Of a stretch of 64,000 bases of DNA, positions 51,401 through 61,501 are shown piece by piece. The notes beneath the pieces were generated by a model. That model ran no database searches. It saw nothing but the letters and a program-made list of their open reading frames with translations, and was not told the DNA's origin. Position 1 is the stretch's first letter, and every line of letters begins with the position of its first letter. The stretch comes from Mobula hypostoma (taxonomy: Eukaryota), in assembly GCF_963921235.1 (NCBI RefSeq), contig NC_086108.1:48424001-48488000 (forward strand), in the 5' to 3' direction. Position numbers and translations under genes: made by a program.

Positions 51401-54400
51401 AGCTATGGGCACCCGCATGGGTCTGAGCTATGCCTGCCTTTTTGTTGGCTTTGTGGAACAATCTATGTTCCATGCCTATTCTGGTATCTGTCCCCCACTT
51501 TTCCTTCGCTACATCGACGACTGCATTGGCGCTGCTTCCTGCACGCATGCAGAGCTCGTTGACTTTATTAACTTTGCCTCCAACTTTCACCCTGCCCTCA
51601 AGTTTACCTGGTCCATTTCCGACACCTCCCTCCCCTTTCTAGATCTTTCTGTCTCTATCTCTGGAGACAGCTTATCTACTGATGTCTGCTATAAGCCTAC
51701 TGACTCTCACAGCTTTCTGGACTATGCCTCTTCTCACCCTATCTCTTGCAAAAATGCCATCCCCTTCTCGCAATTCCTCCGTCTCCGCCGCATCTGTTCT
51801 CAGGATCAGGCTTTTCATTCCAGGACGAGGGAGATGTCCTCCTTTTTTAAAGAAAGGGGCTTCCCTTCCTCCACCATCAATTCTGCCCTCAAACGCATCT
51901 CCCCCATTTCACACACATCTGCTCTCACTCCATCCTCCCGCCACCCCACTAGGAATAGGGTTCCCCTGGTCCTCACCTACCACCCCACCAGCCTCCAGGT
52001 CCAACATATTATTCTCCGTAACTTCCGCCACCTCCAACGAGATCCCACCACTAAGCACATCTTTCCCTCCCCATCGATTGGGGAGCTTTCCACAGATTGC
52101 TCCCTACGCGACTCCTTTGTCCATTCGTCCCCCCCATCCCTCCCCATCGATCTCCCTCCTGGCACTTATCCTTGTAAGCAGAATAAGTGCTACACATGCC
52201 CTTACACTTCCTCCCTTACCACCATTCAGGGCCCCAGACAATCCTTCCAGGTGAGGCGACACTTCACCTGTGAGTCGGCTGGGGTGATATACTGCATCCG
52301 GTGCTCCCGATGTGGCCTTCTATATATTGGCGAGACCCGACGTAGACTGGGAGATAGTTTTGCTGAACACCTACGGTCTGTCCACCAGAGAAAGCAGGAT
52401 CTCCCAGTGGCCACACAATTTAATTCCACATCCCATTCCCATTCTGACATGTCTATCCACGGCCTCCTCTACTGTAAAGATGAAGCCACACTCAGGTTGG
52501 AGGAACAACACCTTATATTCCATCTGGGTAGCCTTCAACCTGATGCCATGAACATTGACTTCTCTAACTTCAGCTAATGCCCCACCTCTCCCTCCTACCC
52601 CATCCATTATTTATATACACACACGTTCTTTCTCTCACTCTCCTTTTTCTCCTTCTGTCCCTCTGACTATACCCCTTGCCCATCCTCTGGGATCCCCCCC
52701 CCCACTTTTCCTTCTCCCTGGGCCTCCTGTCCCATGATCCTCTCATATCCCTTTTGCCAATCACCTGTCCAGCTCTTGGCTCCATCCCTCCCCCTCCTGT
52801 CTTCTCCTATCATTTTGGATCTCCCCCTCCCCCTCCCACTTTCAAATCTCTTACTCACTCTTCCTTCAGTTAGTCCTGACGAAGGGTCTCGGCCTGAAAC
52901 ATCGATTGTACCTCTTCCTAGAGATGCTGCCTAGCCTGCTGCGTTCACCAGCAACTTTGATGTGTGTAGCTAAACTTTGGGTCAGCTACAGATTTCTCGA
53001 TCGTGCCCCCTGCATATACCTCTCCCCACAATAAAAGTCAAGAGACTAGTTTTGAGACCTGTAGAACCCACTGGTAACAATCCTCCGGTCACAAAAGCAC
53101 AACTCAACCACTATCCTAAGCAGAGTTTGAATCCAATTTCCCATGAATCCTATGCATTTCAACTTTTTTGCCCACTCTGCCATGCTGACCTTAGTCAAAA
53201 ACTTCACTGAAATCCGTTTGACCTACTACAGTCATTCCTCTCATCAACTCTACTTCTTACTTTCTGAAAAAAAATCAGTCAAGTTGGTCTTTATTCTCTG
53301 GAGCACAGGTGAATGAGGGGAAATCATATTGAGGTATACAAAATTATGGGGGTTATAGGAAGGGTAAATGTTTGCAGGTTAAGTAGAACTGGAATTAGAA
53401 AGCATAGGTTTAGGGTGAAAAGTGAAATGTATAAGGGAAATATGATGGGGAGCTTCTTCACTCAGAGGATTGTGTGAGGATGGAACAAGCTGTCAGCATA
53501 AGTGATAGATGTGAGGTTAATTGTAATATTTAAGAGAAGTTTGGGTAGGTACATGGACGAGAGGGTTATGGAGGGATATGATCCAGTTGCAGATAGAGGA
53601 AACTAGGCAGAAGACCAGGCTGGCATGGAGTAGATTCAAGTACGTTTATTATCAAGGAACGTAAAAATTATACAACCTTGAGATTTGCTTGCTCACAGGT
53701 AGCCACAGAGCAAGAAACACAAAAACATAGAAACATAGAAACATAGAAACATAGAAAATAGGTGCAGGAGTAGGCCATTCGGCCCTTCGAGCCTGCACCG
53801 CCATTTATTATGATCATGGCTGATCATCCAACTCAGAACCCAGCCTTCCCTCCATACCCCCTGACCCCTGTAGCCACAAGGGCCATATCTAACTTCCTTT
53901 TAAACATAGCTAATGAACTGGCCTCAACAGTTTGCTGTGGCAGAGAATTCCACAGATTCACCACTCTCTGTGTGAAGAAGTTTTTCCTAACCTCGGTCCT
54001 AAAAGGCTTCCCCTCTATCCTCAAACTGTGACCCCTCGTTCTAGACCTCCCCAACATCGGGAACAATCTTCCCGCATCTAGCCTGTCCAATCCCTTTAGG
54101 ATCTTATACGTTTCAATCAGATCCCCCCTCAATCTTCTAAATTCCAACGAGTACAAGCCCAGTTCATCCAGTCTTTCTTCATATGAAAGACCTGCCATCC
54201 CAGGAATCAATCTGTTGAACCTTCTTTGTACTCCCTCTATGGCAAAGATGTCTTTCCTCAGATTAGGGGACCAAAACTGCACACAATACTCCAGGTGTGG
54301 TCTCACCAAGGCCTTGTACAACTGCAGTAGTACCTCCCTGCTCCTGTACTCGAATCCTCTCGCTATAAATGCCAGCATACCATTCGCCTTTTTCACCGCC

Positions 54401-57400
54401 TGCTGTACCTGCATGCCCACTTTCAATGACTGGTGTATAATGACACACAGGTCTCGTTGCACCTCCCCTTTTCCTAATCGGCCACCATTCAGATAATAAT
54501 CTGTTTTCCTATTTTTGCCACCAAAGTGGATAACTTCACATTTATCCACATTAAATTGCATCTGCCATGAGTTTGCCCACTCACCCAACCTATCCAAGTC
54601 ACCCTGCATCCTCTTAGCATCCTCCTCACTGCTAACACTGCCACCCAGCTTTGTGTCATCCGCAAACTTGGAGATGCTGCATTTAATTCCCTCGTCCAAG
54701 TCATTAATATATATTGTAAACAACTGGGGTCCCAGCACTGAGCCTTGCGGTACCCCACTAGTCACCGCCTGCCATTCTGAAAAGGTCCCGTTTATTCCCA
54801 CTCTTTGCTTCCTGTCTGCTAACCAATTCTCCACCCACACCAATACCTTACCCCCAATACCGTGTGCTTTAAGTTTGCACACTAATCTCCTGTGTGGGAC
54901 CTTGTCAAAAGCCTTTTGAAAATCCAAATATACCACATCCACTGGTTCTCCCCTATCCACTCTACTAGTTACATCCTCAAAAAATTCTATGAGATTCGTC
55001 AGACATGATTTTCCTTTCACAAATCCATGCTGACTTTGTCCGATCATTTCACCGCTTTCCAAATGTGCTGTTATCACATCCTTGATAACTGACTCCAGCA
55101 GTTTCCCCACCACCGACGTTAGGCTAACCGGCCTATAATTCCCCGGTTTCTCTCTCCCTCCTTTTTTAAAAAGTGGGGTTACATTAGCCACCCTCCAATC
55201 CTCAGGAACTAGTCCAGAATCTAACGAGTTTTGAAAAATTATCACTAATGCATCCACTATTTCTTGGGCCACTTCCTTAAGCACTCTGGGATGCAGACCA
55301 TCTGGCCCTGGGGATTTATCTGCCTTCAATCCCTTCAATTTACCTAACACCACTTCCCTACTAACATGTATTTCGCTCAGTTCCTCCATCTCACTGGACC
55401 CTCTGTCCCTTACTATTTCTGGAAGATTATTTATGTCCTCCTTAGTGAAGACAGAACCAAAGTAATTATTCAATTGGTCTGCCATGTCCTTGCTCCCCAT
55501 AATCAATTCACCTGTTTCTGTTTGCAGGGGACCTACATTTGTCTTTATCAGTTTTTTCCTTTTTACATATCTATAAAAGCTTTTACAGTCCGTTTTTATG
55601 TTCTCTGCCAGTTTTCTCTCATAATCTTTTTTCCCCTTCCTAATTAAGCCCTTTGTCCTCCTCTGCTGAACTCTGAATTTCTCCCAGTCCTCAGGTGAGC
55701 CACTTTCTCTGGCTAATTTGTATGCTACTTCTTTGGAATTGATACTATCCCTAATTTCTCTTGTCAGCCACGGGTGCACTACCTTCCTTGATTTATTCTT
55801 TTGCCAAACTGGGATGAACAATTGTTGTAGTTCATCCATGCAACCTTTAAATGCCTGCCATTGCATATCCACCATCAATCCTTGAAGTGTCATTTGCCAG
55901 TCTATCTTAGCTAATTCACGTCTCATACCTTCAAAGTTACCCCTCTTTAAGTTCAGAACCTTTGTTTCTGAATTAACTACATCACTCTCCATGTTAATGA
56001 AGAATTCCACCATATTATGGTCACTCTTACCCAAGGGGCCTCTCACAACAAGATCGCTAATTAACCCTTCCTCATTGCTCAAAACCCAGTCCAGAATAGC
56101 CTGCTCTCTAGTCGGTTCCTCGACATGTTGGTTCAAAAAACCATCCCGCATACATTCCAAGAAATCCTCTTCCTCAGCACCTTTACCAATTTGGTTCACC
56201 CAGTCTACATGTAGATTGAAGTCACCCATTATAACTGCTGTTCCTTTATTGCACACATTTCTAATTTCCTGTTTAATACCATCTCCGACCTCACTACTAC
56301 TGTTAGGTGGCCTGTACACAACTCCCACCAGCGTCTTCTGCCCCTTAGTGTTACGCAGCTCTACCCATATCGATTCCACATCTTCCCGGCTTATGTCCTT
56401 CCTTTCTATTGCGTTAATCTCTTTTTTAACCAGCAACGCCACCCCACCTCCCCTTCCTTCATGTCTATTCCTCCTGAATATTGAATATCCCTGAACGTTG
56501 AGCTCCCATCCCTGGTCACCCTGGAGCCATGTCTCTGTGATCCCAACTATATCATAATCATTAATAACAATCTGCACTTTCAATTCATCCACCTTATTAC
56601 GAATGCTCCTTGCATTGACACATAAAGCCTTCAGGCGCTCTTTTACAACTCTCTTAGCCCTTTTTAATGCTTGCCCTGGATTTGTCGGCCTGCCACTTTT
56701 ACTTTTCCCCTTTGTACTTTTTGCTTCTACACTCACTTTACACCCCTCTGTCTCTCTGCACTGGTTCCCATCCCTCTGTTGTGATCTAACCTCCTCACAC
56801 CTAGCCGCTTTAATTTGATTCCCACCCCCCAACCATTCTAGTTTAAAGAATCCAATTAAAAAAAAAAGTAAAAACAAAAATAAAGGACCACAACACTCAA
56901 TGCGCAAGAGACAAAGAAATACGAGCCATGCAAACAATTGAGGCAAACAACAGCATTCTGAACCAAGAATGAGTCCTCAGATCCACAGCCCAGAGCAGCT
57001 CCAAAGCCTCACTTATCAGCTCATCATATTAGCGATGAAATGGAAGAAAAGCCTGCATCTGAGCAGTGGCAGTCTGTGACTTTGGTCAGACATGACCTTC
57101 CCTGAACAAAATAACGTAGCCTGTCCTCAATTAATCTATTTTTTCCTAAATTAATGTTTACTGTTGTGCAGAATACATTCTGATAATTAAACAAGCAGAT
57201 TGAATCAAATTTCTTAGTTTATCCCTTCCCCTACAGTTTCTTCTCTTCTTTGTTTTAGCTGATTGAGATGTATTTCATTCAAAACTAGAAGCTTATCCAC
57301 TTTTCCCGATGCTAATCCCAGTAATACTTTCTCTTTTTAAGGCATTATCTGTCCAATATTTCACACTCTTTCTCCTTATCTACAGCATTGGTATTATCCA

Positions 57401-60400
57401 TATCTTTTGTAAAGACAGCTGCTAAGTATTAGTTAATGATTATAAGATCAGAGAAACACACAGCACAGAAACTGACTCTTTCAGTCACAACACTTGTACT
57501 GGTCATGGTGGCCATCTGTATTAGGCCTGTAACCCCTTATATCTGTCCTATCTAAGTACCTGTCCGAACACCTTACTGAACTTACCTTTTTGATTGCTAA
57601 CAAGCCATGCATGTTAAGTTCTTATCTTTTACACACTTACAGAGTCTTTTTTTTACCTATTTTATTTTTACAGGCCTTCCCCTTATCCTTATAGTCTCTG
57701 GGCTTTCTGCTGCATTAAATTGGAATTAGGTTCTTGGTATCTGCACAAATATTCCTTTCACCCTACAAGATTTGTTCACTAAAACTAAATCTGGAATTGA
57801 CACCCAGCTACTTTGTTGAATGTGCAAAAGAAATTGTCATAAATGCAATTCTGGAAATCTGTGTCCTCTATCATTTACACTGGTTATATCTCCGTTAATA
57901 TTGGAATGACTGAATTCACCCACATATTGCTACTGTAGTGTACCAGATTTGTACTTCTATTTTCCCAATACACTCTCAACAGTCTATTTCCCTTATTTTG
58001 ATTCTTTAGTTCAACCCATCTTATTTTATTTAATGATCCTTGTAAAATATTATTCCATCTGACAGATTGTTTCTTGAATTAATATGGCTGCTGTCTCATT
58101 TCTTACTCCTCTGTGTCACATGAGAACCCTGTAGCCAGGAATTTTAAGCTTCCAGCCCCTTAAGTTTGTAAATCCCACACCAACAGGTTCAATGACAACT
58201 CCTCTTCAACCATTTTGTTGTTGAGCCAACTGGTAAAACCTTTTCACTACAGTTTAGCAACACTTTGACCATTTTGCATTAAAATCGGCTTTGTTTTGTT
58301 TTATTCTGATTGTGTTTTATTGTGTATAATTTATGCTTACTCTATGTTTTTCTTGTGAATGATGCTTATATATGCCATGTGCCTGTAATGCTGTGCAGAG
58401 TAAGTTTTTCTCTTCACCTGTGCATACATGTGCTTGTGTATTGGACAATAAACTTGACTTTGTAATTACTGGGCGACTTTGTAATTAGTGAGCCAAAGGG
58501 TCTGTATGACTTTATAAAGTACTCAACATAATATGCAAAATTCATAAAACGTTTTGGGCATTCGACAGCACTTAAAGTCTTGCTCAGAAGGACCGCAAGC
58601 TTGTTTGAATCCACACTTCCTTTCCAAGCCATTGATCCATGACATCAGTGCCCTCATTAATGGCCACCAGAGTGTACGGCAGGCTTTATCATTTCCGTGG
58701 CATTTCAATGATAACCTCATGGCTATGCTATCATAATCTGATTTTGAAATGCACCAGGATAGCCTTGGCATTCCATTTACCTTGAGGGAGAACATAAACT
58801 ATGGTTCTATACAAATTGACAGCAATTTCCAAAACTCTGAATCACAAACTTGATTGACTTGATCTGCAATTAGAACAAATATAGTTTGGAGTGGAAAGTA
58901 CTGAGAAGCACTAGAACAGACTTGTGCTCTTTATCTTGGCTTTGAAGTTTAAACATTGAAAATGAGTGACCTTACTTTTTGATTGGTTGCAAGTTTTATG
59001 GTTCTTTATCAATGTGATTCAATTTTACATCTAGAACCTCCTGTGATTCAACCTCAGCCCAGCACTCTGGAGGTGATTCTGAATAATCCTATTACTCTTC
59101 CATGTGAGGCAACTGGAAACCCAAACCCCACAATTACATGGCAGAAAGAAGGCATTAGTATTGACACCACAGGTAAAGTAGTCATCATCATTTCTTAATT
59201 CCAAATAAAACTTTGAAGTTTACTAAATTCTGAAAGTAGTAAGGCTATTGAAATCATCAGGCAAATAATTCACTTCATTTCTATATCCTTACTTTGAACT
59301 ACCATGAATTAGTAACATTTCTTCATAAAAATTGAATGGACATCTACTATCCTTCACAAAATGCGGGACGAACTCAGCAGGCCAGGCAGCATCTATGGAA
59401 AAGAGTGGACGGTTGATGTTTTGAGCTGAGACCTTTCATCAGGCTGAAGAGTCTCTGCCCAAAATGTCGACTGTTTACTCTTTTCCATAGATGCTGCCTG
59501 GCTTTAAGAGTTCCTCCAGCATTTTGTGTGTGTTGCATGGATTTCCGGCATCTGCAGATTTTCTCTTGTTTGAATTATTATCATTGCTTAGCATGATTTC
59601 ATCCAGTGGTTCTTAAGGTAATATTTTGTCTTTGCAGTAGGAGCTTACACTGTCCTACTCAATGGAGGTCTTCAGATTGCACGAGCTGCAGTGAAAGACA
59701 CTGGGACGTACATGTGTGTTGCACAGAACCCATCTGGCACAGCGCTGGGAAAGATTAGGCTGAGAGTGCAGGGTAAGTTGCTCTGTAAATTCTGAACTCT
59801 TAACATTGAGCCAAATGACAGGTAATCTTGTCATTCACTTTAATAATTTTTGTAACACACTATAAGACAGTAATCTTTTCTCAGCTGCTCACGTTTGCAA
59901 CAGGCCAGTAATTGAATTACCACCAGTTGTGAAGAAGGCCTGAGTCACAATTTCTAGCAGAAGACCAGGATTCATTATTCCATTGTGAAATACCTTTTAC
60001 TGAGAAATAAAAGTTGTCTTTGGCCTAACAGCAGACTCTACAATACCCTTCCCTTCCAACAATTTACTCTGTGACCTGGACCCCATGTATACGCAGGATT
60101 ACTTTAGGTTCAATCTACCTGCAGCCGTATAAGGCATAGCTTGCGGTCACAGGGCTGGTCACCTGGGCTGACAACAGTGTTCCTCTCGCAGTGCAGTAAA
60201 CCTGCTGGCCTTAAGCAATGACCAGTGCAGCTTCTCCTTTGATTTAACAACAAACCTTGCCAAACTTCCGCTCTCACACCAGGACTGAATCAACAGACAC
60301 GAGCTCTGTTTTCCTTTCCTGCTGGTATCTCTGTCAGCTATCTGGTACAATTTCCAACGTATCAAAATGTTATGATTTCTGAATTCCAGGTGGTCAGATG

Positions 60401-61459
60401 CAACTTCTGGAATTACAGTAGGGTTAGTTTAAAATGGAATTTTGTTTGGTAGGGAAATACCAAGTGAATAACAAATTCAGAAAACAATGGCATTGCCAAA
60501 GGGAAAATTCAAACATCAAAGCTTATCTGCTTCTGTTATTGAAACCACCTAATCATAGTTTAACATGAAATACCTTGTGTAAACAAACAAGTTCTTCTGA
60601 CACAGCTGCAGTAATTGCTGATGATTTGTAAGATAATCACTTCCTACAATGGAACCTATTTCATTCCTATACTGCCAATAATGTACTGTACTTGTGGATA
60701 GTTAACAAGCACACAGGGCAACGTAACCTTCTGCTTCTCTCCATCTCTACCCGCAACTTGGACGTTCACAGCCCTTTGCTCTCTTGAAGCTTACAGAGAT
60801 AGTATACCCTGGTTAATTTGTGGAATTGTCTGCACAACCTGTCTCTTCCGCATAGCAATCTAGTCTCATTAGTACAGTCACAGAGATGTAGAAACAGCCG
60901 CTTCATCTAGCTGAATCTGCCTGAACACCAGTCACCTAAGTACACTAATCCTACATTAATCCTGCTTCCTACCGTCAGAATCAGCTTTATTACTCACTGC
61001 AATTTTGAAGGATGCTTGGGGATCTCACTGAAGCCTACTAAGTGTTGAAAATACTAGGTAGGGTGGATGTAGAGAAGATGTTTCCTATGTTGGGGGTATA
61101 CATAACTAGAGGGCACGGCCTCAGAATGAGGGACAACCTTTTAGGACAGAGGTACAGAGGAATTTCTGTAGTCAGAGAGTAGTGAATCTGTGGAATGTTC
61201 TGCCAGTCCGTGGTGGAGGCCAATTCCGTGGGTAAATTTAAGATGGAAGTTATTAGTTTCCTGATTGGTCCGGGCATCAAAGGTTATGGCGAGAAGGCAG
61301 GTGTATGCGGTTGAATGGGATCCAGGATCAGCCGTGATGGAATGGTGGAGCAGACTCGATGGGCTGAATGGCCTAATTCTGCTCCTATGTCTTATGGTCT
61401 TTTGATCTTAGCACTGACATATGTTATGAAATTTGTTGTTTTGCAGCAGCAGTACATTG

Positions 61460-61501
<42 letters not shown>

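Noticed and set aside
50345..52977. Possible TSD (AGCTGAACT / AGCTAAACT) around the long Penelope copy
   Set aside because: Short, mismatched and not the 14-15 bp length seen elsewhere; could be chance.
56848..56946. Hydrophobic signal-peptide-like N-terminus of the 1037-aa ORF
   Set aside because: Lies outside the CR1 in an A-rich flanking repeat, starts at a non-ATG codon, and is a chance in-frame read-through.
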